Of a DNA stretch of 64,000 nucleotides, positions 1-14,566 are shown one piece after another. The position numbers were made by a program, and so were the translations under genes. The DNA is from Squalus acanthias. Taxonomy: Eukaryota. Each line of letters starts with the position of its first letter. The first letter of the stretch is position 1. Under the pieces are notes generated by a model, which saw nothing but the letters and a program-made list of their open reading frames with translations, had not been told where the DNA came from and made no database searches. Where the stretch lies: assembly GCA_030390025.1 (NCBI GenBank), contig CM059431.1, positions 114,206,001 to 114,270,000 on the forward strand, in the 5' to 3' direction.

Positions 1-922
1 ACCTGTAATGTACCGGCATTGAGTGCAAGTACCTGTACTATACAGGCATTGAATGCAGGTGCCATTAATGTATAGGTACTGAATGCAGGTACCTCTAGTG
101 TACAGTGCTGGTACCTGTAACATGCAGGCACTGACTGCAGGAACCTGTAATATATAGGCCTTGAGTGCGGGTGCCTGAAATATATTGGCACTAAGTGCAG
201 GTAGCTGTAATGTACAGGCATTGAAAGCAGGTAATTAACAGGTATTGGGTGCAAGTACCTGTAATGTACATGCATTGAGTGCTGTTAACTGTAATATACA
301 GGAATTGAGTGCTGGTAACTGTAACGTGCAGGCATTGCGTGCCGTAAACTGAAATATACAGGCATTGAGTGCAGGTACCTGTAATGTACAGTGACTGACT
401 GCAGATACCTGTACTATATAGGCATTGAGTACAGGTAGCTGTAAAATACAGGGATTGAGCACAGTTGCCTGTAATATACAGGCATTGAGTGCAGTTACTT
501 GTAATGCACAGGCATGGAGTGCAGGTAACTGTAATATACAGGCATGGAGTGCAGGTACCTGTAATGTACAGGAATTTAGTGCAGGTACCTATAATATACA
601 GGCACTGAGCAGAGGTACCTGTAATATACAGGCATTGAGTGCAGTTGCTTGTAATGCACAGCCATTGAGTGCAGGTAACTGTAATATTACAGGCATTGAG
701 TGCAGGTACCTGTAATATACAGGCATTGAGTTCATTTACCTGTTATGTACAGCCATTGAAGAAAGGAACCTGTAATATACAGGCATTGTGTGCAGTTACC
801 TGTAATGTACAGGCATTGAAAGGAGGTAACATTTATTGACAGGCATTGAGTGTGAGTACCTGCAATGTGCATGCATTGAGTGCAGATAACTGTAATATGC
901 AGGAATTGATTGCAGGTACCTA

Positions 923-1118
923 TAATGTACAGGCATTGAGTGCAGATAACTGAAATATACAGGAATTAAATGCAGGTACCTGTAATATACAAGCATTGAG
1001 AGCAGGTACCTGTAATGTACAGGCATTGAGTGCAGATAACTGAAATATACAGGAATTAAATGCAGGTACCTGTAATATACAAGCATTGAGAGCAGGTACC
1101 TGTAATGTACAGGCATTG
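923..1118 (+). repeat. Local tandem duplication, about 2 x 90 bp (3 monomers)
   Basis: GATAACTGAAATATACAGGAATTAAATGC...AAGCATTGAGAGC repeated at offset 90. Confidence 0.88.
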
Positions 1119-4100
1119 AAAGCGGGTAACTCTAATTAAAATGGATTGAGTGCAAGTACCTGCAATGTACCTGCATTGAGTGCAGATAACTGTAATATGC
1201 AGGAAATGATCGCAGGTACCTGTAATGTACAGGCATTCACTGCAGGTACCTGTAATGTACAGGCATTGAGTACAGATAACTGAAATATACAGCATTAAGT
1301 GCAGGTACCTGTAATATACAGGCATTGAGAGCAGGTACCTGTAATGTACAGGCATTGAGTGCATGTACCTGTAATGTACAGGCATTGAGTGCAGGTGTCA
1401 GTACTGTATAGGCACTGAATGCAGGTACCTGTAGAGTACATCTATTGATTGTAGGTACCTGTAATTTACAGGCATTGAGTCCAGATAAATGTAATGTACA
1501 TGCATTGAGTGCAGATAAGTGTAATATACAATCACTGAGTGCAGGTACCTGTAATGTACAGGCATTGAGTGCAGGTACCTGTAATATGCAGGCATTGAGT
1601 GCATGTACCTGTAAATTAGATGCATTGAGTGCAGCGACCTGTAATGGACAGGCATTGAGTACAGGTGCCAGTAATGTAGAAGCACTGAATGCAGGTACCT
1701 GTAATGTACAGGCATTGAGTGCAGGTATCTGAATTGTACTTGCATTGAGTGCAGGTACCTGTAATGTACAGGCATTGAAAGCAGGGAAATGTAATTAACA
1801 GGCATTGATTGCAAGTACCTCTAATATACATGCATTGAGTGCAGATAACTAATATACAGAAATTGATAGCAGGTACCTGTAATGTACAGGCATTGACTGC
1901 AGGCACCTGTAATGTACAGGCATTGATTGCAGATAACTGTAATATACAGGCATTGAGTGCAGGTAACTGTAAAGTACAGGCATTGATTGCAGGTATCTGT
2001 ATTGTACAGTAGATGATTGCAGGTAGCTGTATTGTACAGGCATTGCATGCAGGTACCTGTAATATACAGGCATTGCATGCAGGTACCTGTAATATACAGG
2101 CATTGAATGCAGGTAACTGTAATGTACAGGTATTGAGTGCAGATAACTGTAATACACAGGCATAGAGTTCTGGTACCTGTAACTTGCAGGCAAAGAGTGC
2201 AGATAATTGAAATATACAGTCATTGAGTGCAGGTACTTGTAATATACAGGCATTGAGTGCAGGTACCTGTAATGCACAGGCATTATTGCAGCTAACTGTA
2301 ATGTACAGGCATTGATTGCAGGTACCTGAAATTTTCAGGCATTGAGTGCACGTACCTGTAATGCGCAGGCATTGAGTGTGGGTACCTGAAATATATAGGC
2401 ATTGCGTGCAGGTACCTGAAATTTACAGGCATTGAGTGCAGGTACCTGTAATGTACAGGCATTGAGTGCATGTAACTGTAATTAACAGGCATTGAGTGCA
2501 GGTACCTGTATTATACAGACATTGAGTGCAGGTACCTGAAATATATAGGCATTGAGTGCAGGTACCTGTATTTTTTAGGCATTGAGTGCAGGTACCTGCA
2601 ATGTACAGGCATTGAGTGCAGGTACCTGTAATATTCAGGCATTGAGTGCAGGTACCTGTAATGTATCGGCATTGAGAGCAGGTAACTGTAATATACAGTC
2701 AATGAGTGCAGGTCCCTGTAATATACAGGCATTGAGTGCAGGTCCTTCTAATGTACAAGCATTGAGTGCAGGTAACTGCAATATACAGGCATAGTGTGCA
2801 GGTACCTCTAATGTACAGGCATTGAGGGCAGGTATCTGTAATCTACAGGCATTCCGTGCAGATATTGGTATTGTACAGGCATTGGGTGCAGGTACCATTA
2901 ATGTACAGGCATTGAGTGTAGGTACCTGTAATGTACAGGCATTGAGTGTAGGTACCTGTAATATATAGTCATTGAGTGCAGGTACCTGAAATATATAGGC
3001 ATTGAGTGCAGGTACCTGTAATATTCAGGCATTGAGTGCATGTACCTGTAATGTATCGGCATTGAGAGCAAGTAACTGTAATATACAGTCAATGAGTGCA
3101 GGTCCCTGTAATATACAGGCATTGAGTGCAGGTCCTTCTAATGTACAAGCATTGATTGCAGGTAACTGCAATGTACAGGCATAGTGTGTAGCTACCTCTA
3201 ATGTACAGGCATTGAGGGCAGGTAACTCTAATTAAAACGGATTGAGTGCAAGTACCTGCAATGTACCTGCATTGAGTGCAGATAACTGTAATATGCAGGA
3301 AATGATCGCAGGTACCTGTAATGTACAGGCATTCACTGCAGGTACCTGTAATGTACAGGCATTGAGTACAGATAACTGAAATATACAGGCATTAAGTGCA
3401 GGTACCTGTAATATACAGGCATTGAGAGCAGGTACCTGTAATGTACAGGCATTAAGTGCATGTACCTGTAATGTACAGGCATTGAGTGCAGGTGTCAGCA
3501 CTGTATAGGCACTGAATGCAGGTACCTGTAGAGTACATCTATTGATTGTAGGTACCTGTAATTTACAGGCATTCAGTGCATGTAACTGTAATTAACAGGC
3601 ATTGAGTGCAGGTACCTGTAATATACAGTCATTGAGTGCAGGTACCTGAAATATATAGGCATTGAGTGCAGGTACCTGTATTTTTTAGGCATTGAGTGCA
3701 GGTACCTGCAATGTACAGTCATTGAGTGCAGGTACCTGTAATATTCAGGCATTGAGTGCAGGTACCTGTAATGTATCGGCATTGAGAGCAGGTAACTGTA
3801 ATATACAGTCAATGAGTGCAGGTCCGTGTAATATACAGGCATTGAGTGCAGGTCCTTCTAATGTACAAGCATTGAGTGCAGGTAACTGCAATATACAGGC
3901 ATAGTGTGCAGCTACCTCTAATGTACAGGCATTGAGGGCAGGTATCTGTAATCTACAGGCATTCAGTACAGATATTGGTATTGTACAGACATTGGGTGCA
4001 GGTACCATTAATGTACAGGCATTGAGTGTAGGTACCTGTAATGTACAGGCATTGAGTGTAGGCACCTGTAATATATAGGCATTGAGTGCAGGTATCTGTA

Positions 4101-5064
4101 ATAAACAGGCATTCAGCGTGGGTACCTGTATTGTACAGGCATTGAGTGCAGGTAAAGGTAATTAACAGGCATTGAGTGCAGGTACCTGTAATGTACAGGC
4201 ATTGAGTGCGGGTACCTGCAATATACAGGCATTGGGTGCAGGTCCTTCTAATGTAAAGGCATTGAGTGCAGATACCTGTAATGCACAGGCATTGAGTGCA
4301 GGTACCTGTAATTTTCAAGCATTGAGTGCAGGTCCTTCTAATGTACAGGCATTGAGTGCAGATACCTGTAATGCACAGGCATTGAGTGCAGGTACCTGTA
4401 ATGTACAGGGATTGAGTGCAGGTATCTGTATTGTACACGCATAGCGTGCAGGTACCTGTAATGTACAGGCATTGAGTGCAGGTACCTGTAATATATAGGC
4501 ATTGAGGGCAAGTACCTCTAATGCACAGGCATTGAGTGCGGGTACCTGAAATATACAAACATTCAGTGCAGTTACCTGAAATATATAGGCATTGATGCAG
4601 GTACCTGTTTTTTTTTAGGAATTGAGTGCAGGTACCTGCAATGTATAGGCATTCCATGCAGGTACCTATAATGTACAGGCATTGACTACAGGTACCTGTA
4701 ATGTACAGGGATTAAGTGCAGATAACTGTAATATACAGGCATTGAGTGCTGGTACCTGTAAAATGCAGGCATTGAGTGCAGATAACTGAAATATACAGGC
4801 ATTGAGTGCAGGTTCCTGTAATATACAGGCATTGACTGCAGGTAACTGTAATGTACAGGCATTGAGTGCAGGTACCTGTAATGTATAGGCATTGAGTGCC
4901 GATAACTGTAATATACAGTCATTGAATGCAGGTCCCTGTAACATACAGGCATTGAGTGCAGATACCTGTAATACACAGGCATTGAGTGCAGGTACCTGTA
5001 ATGTACAGGCATTGAGTGCAGGTACCTGTACCATTTAGGCAATGAGGGCAGGTACCTCTAATGC

Positions 5065-5351
5065 ACAGGCATTGAGTGCGGGTACCTGAAATATACAGAC
5101 ATTCAGTGCAGTTACCTGAAATATATAGGCATTGAGTGCAGGTACCAGTACTTTTTAGGAATTGATTGCAGGTACCTGCAATGTACAGGCATTGAGTGCG
5201 GGTACCTGAAATATACAGACATTCAGTGCAGTTACCTGAAATATATAGGCATTGAGTGCAGATACCAGTACTTTTTAGGAATTGATTGCAGGTACCTGCA
5301 ATGTACAGGCATTGAGTGCGGGTACCTGAAATATACAGACATTCAGTGCAG
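5065..5351 (+). repeat. Local tandem repeat, about 2.4 x 120 bp (4 monomers)
   Basis: GAGTGCGGGTACCTGAAATATACAGACATTCAG at about 5074, 5194 and 5314; CCAGTACTTTTAGGA occurs twice. Confidence 0.88.
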
Positions 5352-7069
5352 GTACCTGCAATGTACAGGCATTGAGTGCAGGTGCATGTAATGTACAGGA
5401 ATTGAGTGCAGGTAGCTATAATATACAGGCAGTGAGTGCAGGTAACTGTTTAATACAGGCATTGAGCACAGTTGCCTGTAATATACAGGCTTTGAGTGCA
5501 TTTACCAGTAATGTACAGGCATTGAACACAGGTACCTATAATATACAGGCATTTAGTGCAGTTACCTGTAGTGTACAGGCATTGAGTGCAGGGACCTGTA
5601 ATCTACAGGCATTGAGTGCAGGTATCTGAATTGTACAAGCATTGAGCACAGGTACCAGTAATGTACAGGCATTGAGTGCATTTCCCTATAATGTACAGGC
5701 ATTGAACTCAGGTACCTGTAATATACAGGCTTTGAGTGCAATTACGTGTAGTGTACAGGCATTCAGTGCAGGTAACTGTAATGTACATGAATTGATTGCA
5801 GGTCCCTCTAATGTACAGGCATTGAGTGCAGGTAACTGTAATATACAGGCAAAGTGTGCAGGGACCAGTAATGTACAGGCATTGAGGGCAGGTATCTGTA
5901 ATCTACAAGCATTCAGTGCAGATATCAGTATTGTACTGGCATTGCGTGTAGGTACAATTAATGTACAGGCATTGAGTACAGACAGCTGTAATATACAGGC
6001 ATTGAGTGCAGGTCCCTGTAAATTAGATGCATTGAGTGCAGCGACCTATAATGTACCGGCATTGAGTGTGGGTACCTGAAATATACATGCATTGAGTGCT
6101 GATACCTGTAACATGCAGACATTGATTGCAGATAAAAGAAATATACAGACATTGAGTGCAGGTACCTGTAATATACAGGCAATGAGTGCAGGTACATGTA
6201 ATGTAGAGGCATTGATTGCAGGTACCTGTAATATACAGGCATTGAGTGCAGGTACCTTAAATGTACAGGCATTGAGTGCATGTAACTGTAATGTACAGGC
6301 ATTGATTGCAGCTACCTGTAATATACAGGCATTGACTGCAGGTACCTGTAATGTGCAGGCATTGAGTGCAGTTAATTGTATTGTACAGAAATTGGGTGCA
6401 GGTACCTGTAATGTACAGGCATTGAGTGCAGTTACCTGTAATGGTCAGTCACTGAACGCAGGTACCTGTAGTGTACAGGCAGTGAGTGCAGGTACCGAAA
6501 TATAGAGGCATTGAGTGCAGATACCTGTAATATACAGGCATTGAGTACAGGTACCTGTAATTTTTAGGCATTGAGTGCAGGTAACTGTAATCTACATGCA
6601 TTGAGTGCAAGTATCTTCAATTTACAGGCATTGAGTGCAGGTACTTGTTTTATTCAGGCATTGATTGCAGGTCCCTGTAATATACAGGCATTGAGTGCAG
6701 GTAGCTGTAAATACAGGCATTGAGTGCAGATAGCTGTAATGTACAGGCATTGAGCACAGTTGCCTGTAATATACAGGCATTGAGTGCAATTACCTGTAAT
6801 GTACAGGCATTAAGCGCAGGTAACTGTAATGTAGAGGCATTGATTGCAGGTACCTCTAATTTACAGGAATTGAGTGCAGGTACCTGTAATGGACAGGCAT
6901 TGAGTGCAGTTAACTGTAATGTACAGCCATTGATTGCAGGTACCTGTAATATGCAGGCATTGAATGCAGGTACCTGTAATGTAGTGGCATTAAGTGAAGG
7001 GACTTGTAATGTACCGGCATTGAGTGCAGGTGCCAGTAATGTATAGGCAGTGAATGCAGGTACCTCTAG

Positions 7070-10000
7070 TGTACAGGCATTGAGTGCAGGTACCTGTAAC
7101 ATGCAGGGATTGAGTTCAGGTACCTGTAATGTACAGGCATTTAGTGCAAGTACCTGTAATATACAGGCATTTACTGCAGGTACCTGTAATGTACAGGCAT
7201 TGATTGCAGGTACCTGTAATATACAGGCACTGAGTGCAGGAACCTGTAATATACAGGCACTGAGTGCAGGTACATGAAATATACTGGCATTGAGTGCAGC
7301 TACCTGCAATTTACAGGGATTGAGTGCAGGTACCTGTATTATTCAGGCATTGATTGCATGTACCTGTAATATACAAACATTGAGTGCAGATAGCTGTAAT
7401 ATACAGGCATTGAGCACAGTTGCCTGTAATATACAGGCATTGGATGCAATTACCTGTAATGTACAGGCATTAAGCGCAGGTAACTGTAATGTAGAGGCAT
7501 TGATTGCAGGTACTGGTAATTTACAGGAATTGAGTGCAGGTACCTGTAATATACAGGCATTGAGTGCAGGTAACTGTAATGTACAGGCATTGATTGCAGG
7601 TACTGGTAATTTTGCAGGAATTGAGTGCAGGTACCTGTAATGTACAGGCATTGAGTGCAGGTAACTGTAACTTACAGGAATTGAGTGCAGGTACTTGTAA
7701 TATACAGGCACTGAGTACAGGTAAATGTAATATACTGGCATTGAGTGCAGGTAACTGTAATGTAGAGGCATTGATTGCAGGGACTTGTAATGTACCGGCA
7801 TTGAATGCAGGTGCCAGTAATGTATAGGCAGTGAATGCAGGTGTCAGTAATATATAGTAACTGAATGCAGGTACCTCTAGTGTACAGCCAATGACTGCAG
7901 GTACCTGTACTGTACAGGCATTGAGTGCAGATAACGGTAATATAGAGGCATTGAGTGCTGGTACCTGTAACATGCAGGCATTGAGTTCAGGTACCTGTAA
8001 TGTACAGGCATTGAGTGCAAGTACCTGTAATATGCAGGCATTGCGTGCAGGTACCTGTAATGTAGTGGCATTGAGTGAAGGGACTTGTAATGTACAGGCA
8101 TTGAGTGCAGGTGCCAGTAATGTATAGGCAGTGAATGCAGGTACCTGTAATGTAGTGGCATTGAGTGAAGGGACTTGTACAGGCATTGAGTGCAGGTTTC
8201 AGTAATATATAGTCACTGAATAGAGGTACCTCTAGTGAACAGGCATTGACTGCAGGTACCTGTAATGTACAGGCATTGAGAGCAGATAACGGTAATATAG
8301 AGTCATTGAGTGCTGGTACCTGTAACATGCAGAGATTGAGTTCAGGTACCTGTAATGTACAGGCATTGAGTGCAGGTAACTGTATTGTACAGGCGTTGAG
8401 CGCAGGTACCTGTAATGTACAGGCATTGAGTGCAAGTACCTGTAATATACAGGCATTTCTGCAGGTAACTGTAATGTACAGGCATTGATTGCAGGTACTG
8501 GTAATTTACAGGAATTGAGTGCAGGTACCTGTAATGTACAGGCATTGAGTGCAGGTAACTGTAACTTACAGGAATTGAGTGCATGTACTTGTAATATAGA
8601 GGCACTGAGTACAGGTAAATGTAATATACTGGCATTGAGTGCAGGTAACTGTAATGTAGAGGCATTGATTGCAGGTACATGTAATATACTGGCATTGAGT
8701 TCAGGTAACTGTAATGTACAGGCATTGATTGCAGGTACCTGTAATATACAGGCACTGAGTGCAGGTACATGTAATATACTGGCATTGAGTGCAGGTAACT
8801 GTACTGTAGAGGCATTGATTGCAGATACCTGTAATTTACAGGTATTGAGTGCTGGTACCAGTAACGTACAGGCATTGAGTGCAGGTACCTGCAATTTACA
8901 GGGATTGAGTGCAGGTACCTATATTATTCAGGCATTGATTGCAGGTACCTGTAATATACAAGCATTGAGAGCAGGTACCTGTAATATACAGGCATTGAGT
9001 GCAGATAGCTGTAATATACAGGCATTGAGCACAGTTGCCTGTAATATACAGGCATTGGATGGAATTACCTGTAATGTACAGGCATTAAGTGCAGGTAACT
9101 GTAATGTAGAGGCATTGATTGCAGATAACTGTATTTTACAGGAATTGAGTGCAGGTACCTATAATGTACAGGCATTGAGTGCAGGTAACTGTAATGTACA
9201 GGCATTGATTGCAGGTACCTGTAATTTACAGGAATTGAGTGCAGGTACCTGTAATGTACAGGCGTTGAGCGCAGGTACCTGTAATGTACAGGCATTGAGT
9301 GCAAGTACCTGTAACATGCAAGCATTGAGTTCAGGTACCTGTAATATACAGGCATTGATTGCAAGTACCTGTAATATGCAGGCATTGAGTGCAGGTACCT
9401 GTAATGTAGTGGCATTGAGTGAAGGGTCTTGTAATGTACAGGCATTGAGTGCAGGCTTCAGTACTATATAGTCACTGAATACAGGTACCTCTAGTGTACA
9501 GGCATTGAGTTCAGGTACCTGTAATGTCCAGGCATTGAGTGCAGATAACAGTAATATAGAGGCATTGAGTGCTGGTACCTGTAATGTACAGGCCTTGAGT
9601 GCAGATAATGGTAATATAGAGGCATTGAGTGCTGGTACCTGTAACATGCAGGGATTGAGTTCAGGTACCTGTAATGTACAGGCATTGAGTGCAAGTACCT
9701 GTAATATACAGGCATTTACTGGAGCTACCTGTAATGTACAGGCATTGATTGCAGGTACCTGTAATATACACGCACTGAGTGCAGTTGCCCGTAATATGCA
9801 GGCATTGGATGCAATTACCTGTAATGTACAGGCATTGAGTGCAGGTAACTGTACTATAGAGGCATTGATTGCAGGTACCTGTAACTTACAGGAATTGAGT
9901 GCAGGTACCTGTAATGTACAGGCATTGAGTGCAGATAATGGTAATACAGAGGCATTGAGTGCTGGTACCTGTAACATGCAGGGATTGAGTTCAGGTACCT

Positions 10001-13000
10001 GTAATGTACAGGCATTGAGTGCAGGTAACTGTACTGTAGAGGCATTGATTGCAGGTACCTGTAACTTACAGGAATTGAGTGCAGGTACCTGTAATGTACA
10101 GGCATTGAGTGCAGGTAACTGTAATGTACAGACATTGATTGCAGGTACCTGTAATTTACAGGAATTGAGTGCAGGTACCTGTAATCTACAGGCATTGAGT
10201 GCAGGTAACTGTAATGTACAGGCATTGATTGCAGGTATCTGTAACTTACAGGAATTGAGTGCAGGGACTTGTAATGTACCGGCATTGAATGCAGGTACCT
10301 GTAATGTGCAGGCATTGAGTGCAAGTACCTGTAATATACAAGCATTTACTGCAGGTACCTGTAATGTACAGGCCTTGAGTGCAGATAACGGTAATATAGA
10401 AGCATTGAGTGCTGGTACCTGTAACATGCAGTCATTGAGTTCAGGTACCTGTAATGTAGAGGCATTGATTGCAGGTAACTGTACTGTAGAGGCATTGATT
10501 GCAGGTACCTGTAATTTACAGGTATTGAGTGCTGGTACCTGTAATGTACAGGCATTGAGTGCAGGTACCAGCAATTTACATGGATTGAGTGCAGGTACCT
10601 GTATTATTCAGGCATTGATTGCATATAGCTGTAATATACAGGCATTGAGCACAGTTGCCTGTAATATACAGGTGTTGGATGCAATTACCTGTAATGTACA
10701 GGCATTTAGCGCAGGTAACTGTAATGTAGAGGCATTGATTGCAGGTACCTGTAATTTACAGGAATTGGGTGCAGGTAACTGTAATGTAGAGGCATTGATT
10801 GCAGGTGCCAGTAATGTATAGGCAGTGAATGCAGGTGCCAGTAATATATAGTCACTGAATGCAGGTACCTGTACTGTACAGTCATTGAGTGCAGATAATG
10901 GTAATATAGAGGCATTGAGTGCTGGTACCTGTAACATGCAGGGATTGAGTTCAGGAACCTGTAATGTACAGACATTGAGTGCAGGAAACTGTATTGTACA
11001 GGCGTTGAGTGCAGATACCTGTAATATACAGGCATTTACTGCAGGTACCTGTAATTTACAGGCATTGATAGCAGGTACCTGTAATATACAGGCACTGAGT
11101 GCAGGTACATGTAATATACTGGCATTGAGTGCAGGTAACTGTAATGTAGAGACATTGATTGCAGGTACCTGTAACTTACAGGAATTGAGTGCAGGTACCT
11201 GCAATTTACAGGGATTGAGTGCAGGTACCTGTAATATACAGGTATTGAGCACAGTTGCCTGTAATATACAGGCATTGGATGCAATTACCTGTAATGTACA
11301 GGCATTAAGCACAGGTAACTGTAATGTAGAGGCATTGATTGCAGGTACCTGCAATTTACAGGAATTGAGTGCAGGTACCTGTAATGTACAGGCATTGAGT
11401 GCAGGTAACTGTAATGTACAGGCATTGATTGCAGGTACCTGTAATATACAGGGGCTGAGTGCAGGTACCTGTAATGTACAGGCATTGACTGCAGGTACCT
11501 GTAATGTAGTGGCATTGAGTGAAGGGACTTGTAATGTACAGGCATTGAGTGCAGGTTTCAGTGATACATAGTCACTGAATACAGGTACCTTTAGTGTACA
11601 TCATTGACTGCAGGTACCTGTAATGTACAGGCATTGAGTGCAGATAACGGTAATATAGAGTCATTGAGTGCTGGTACCTGTAACATGCAGGGATTGAGTT
11701 CAGGTACCTGTAATGTACAGGCATTGAGTGCAGGTAACTGTATTGTACAGGCGTTGAGCGCAGGTACCTGTAATGTACCAGCATTGAATGCAGGTGCCAG
11801 TAATGTATAGGCAGTGAGTGCAGGTGTCAGTAATATATAGTCACTGAATGCAGGTACCTCTAGTGTACAGGCATTGACTGCAGGTACCTGTACTGTACAG
11901 GCATTGAGTGCAGATAACGGTAATATAGAGGCATTGAGTGCTGGTACCTGTAACATACAGGCATTGCGTTCAGGTACCTGTAATGTACAGGCATTGAGTG
12001 CAAGTACCTGTAATATGCAGACATTGAGTGCCGGTACCTGTAATGCAGTGGCATTGAGTGAAGGGACTTGTACTGTACCGGCATTAAGTGCAGGTGCCAG
12101 TAATGTATAGGCAGTAAATGCAGGTACCTGTAATGTACAGGCATTGAGTGCAGGTGTCAGTAATATATAGTCACTGAATGCAGGTACCTCTAGTGTACAG
12201 GCATTGACAGCAGGTACCTGTAATGTACAGGCATTGAGTGCAGATAACGGTAATATAGAGGCATTGAGTGCTGGCACCTGTAACATGCAGGGATTGAGTT
12301 CAGGTACCTGTAATGTACAGGCATTGAGTGCAGGTAACTGTATTGTACAGGCGTTAATGCAGGTACCTGTAATGTACAGGTATTGAGTGTAAGTACCTGT
12401 AATATACAGGCATTTACTGCAGGTACCTGTAATGTACAGGCATTGATTGCAGGTACCTGTAATATACAGGCACTGAGTGCAGGTACATGTAATATACTGG
12501 CATTGAGTGCAGGTAACTGTAATGTACAGGCATTGATTGCAGCTACCTGTAATGTACAGGCATTGAGTGCAGATACCTGTAATGTACAGGCATTGAGTGC
12601 AGGTACCTGTAATGTACAGGCATTGACTGCAGGTACCTGTAATATACAGGCATTGAGTGCAGGTACATGTTATTTTCAGGCATTGTGTGCAGGTACTGTA
12701 ATGCACAGGGATTGAGTGCGGGGACCTGTAATATACAGGCATTGCATGCAGGTACCTGTAATGTACAGGCATTGAGTGTAGGTACATGTATTTTATAGGA
12801 ATTGAGTGCAGGAAACTTTAATGTACAGGCATTGAGCGCAGGTACCTTTAGTATAATGGCATTGAGTGCAGTTACCTGTAATGTTCAGGCACTGAATGCA
12901 GGTACATGTAGTGTACAGGCATTGAGTGCAGGTACCTAATATACAGGCATTGCGTACAGGTACCTGTTATATACAGGCATTGAGTGCAGGTACCTGTAGT

Positions 13001-13294
13001 GTACAGGCATTGAGTGCAAGTACTTGTCTTATGAAGGCATTTTGTACAGGTACCTGTAATGTTTAGGCATTGAGTGCAGGTACCTGTAATTTCAGGCATT
13101 GAGTGCAGGAACCTGCAATTTACAGGCATTGAGTGCAGTTACATGTATTATTCAGTCATTGAGTGCAGGTGACTGTAAAATACAGGCATTGAGTGCAAGT
13201 ACCTGTTATATACAGGCATTGAGTGCAGGCATCTGTATTGTACAGTCATTGAGTGCAGTTACCTGAAATATACTGGCATTGAATGCAGGTACTT
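7070..13294 (+). repeat. Left partner of the 50,706-bp-offset duplication
   Basis: Matches 57776-64000, with only about 7 substitutions noticed by eye. Confidence 0.93.
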
Positions 13295-14566
13295 GTATTA
13301 TAAAGGCATTGAATACAGATACCTCTAATGTACAGGCATTGAGAGCAGATCACTGATATATACAGGTAATGAGTGCAGGTAACTGTTATATCCTGGCATT
13401 GAGTGCAGGTACATGTAATGTACATGCATTGTGTGCAGGTAACTGTAATGTACAGGCATTGATTGCAGGTACCAGTAATTTTCAGCCATTGATTGCAGGT
13501 ACCTGCAATTTACAAACATTGAGTGCAGGTACTTGTATTATTCAGGCTTTGATTGCAGGTACCTGTAATATACAGGCACTGAGTGCAGCTGCATGTAATA
13601 TACTGGCATTGAGTGCAGGTAACTGTAATGTAGAGGCGTTGATTGCAGGTACCTGTAATGTAGTGGCATTGAGTGAAGGGACTTGTAATGTACAGGCATT
13701 GAGTGCAGGTTTCAGTGATACATAGTCACTGAATACAGGTACCTTTAGTGTACATCATTGACTGCAGGTACCTGTAATGTACAGGCATTGAGTGCAGATA
13801 ACGGTAATATAGAGTCATTGAGTGTTGGTACCTGTAACATGCAGGGATTGAGTTCAGGTACCTGTAATATACAGTCATTGAGTGCAGGTACCTGTGGTGT
13901 ACATTCATTGAGTGCAGGTACTTGTATTGTATAGGCATTGAGTGCATGTACCTGAAATATGGAGGCATTGAGTGCAGTTACCTGTACTTTACAGTCATTG
14001 AGTGCAGATTCCTGTAATGTACAGGCATTGATTGCAGGTACCTGTAATGTACAGTCATTGAGTGCTGGTATCTGTGGTGTACAGTCATTGAGTGCAGGTA
14101 CTTGTATTGTACAGGCATTGCGTGCAGGTACCTGAAATATACAGGCATTGAGTGCAGGTACCTGTACTTTACATTCATTGAGTGCAGATACCTGTAATGT
14201 ACAGGCATTGATAGCAGGTACCTGTAATGTATAGGCATTGCGTGTAGGTACATGTATTTACAGGAATTGAGAGCAGGAACCTTTAATGTCCAGGCACTGA
14301 ATGCAGGTACCTGTAGTGTACAGGCATTGAGTACAGGTACCTAATATACAGGCATTGAGTTCAGGTACCTGTTATATACAGGCATTGAGTGTAGGTACCT
14401 TTAATGTACAGGCATTGAGTGCAAGTACTTGTCTTATAAAGGCATTGTGTACAGGTACCTGTAATGTTTAGGCATTGAGTGCAGGTAACTGTAATTTACA
14501 GGCATTGAGTGCAGGTACCTGTAATGTACAGGGATTGAGTGCAGGTACCTGTAATATACAGTCATT

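Noticed and set aside
3953..4657. Thr/Cys-rich TCTQCLYITG repeats resembling insect antifreeze or beta-solenoid proteins
   Set aside because: This is only one reading of the satellite. There is no signal peptide or non-repeat terminus, and the frame is repeatedly interrupted elsewhere.
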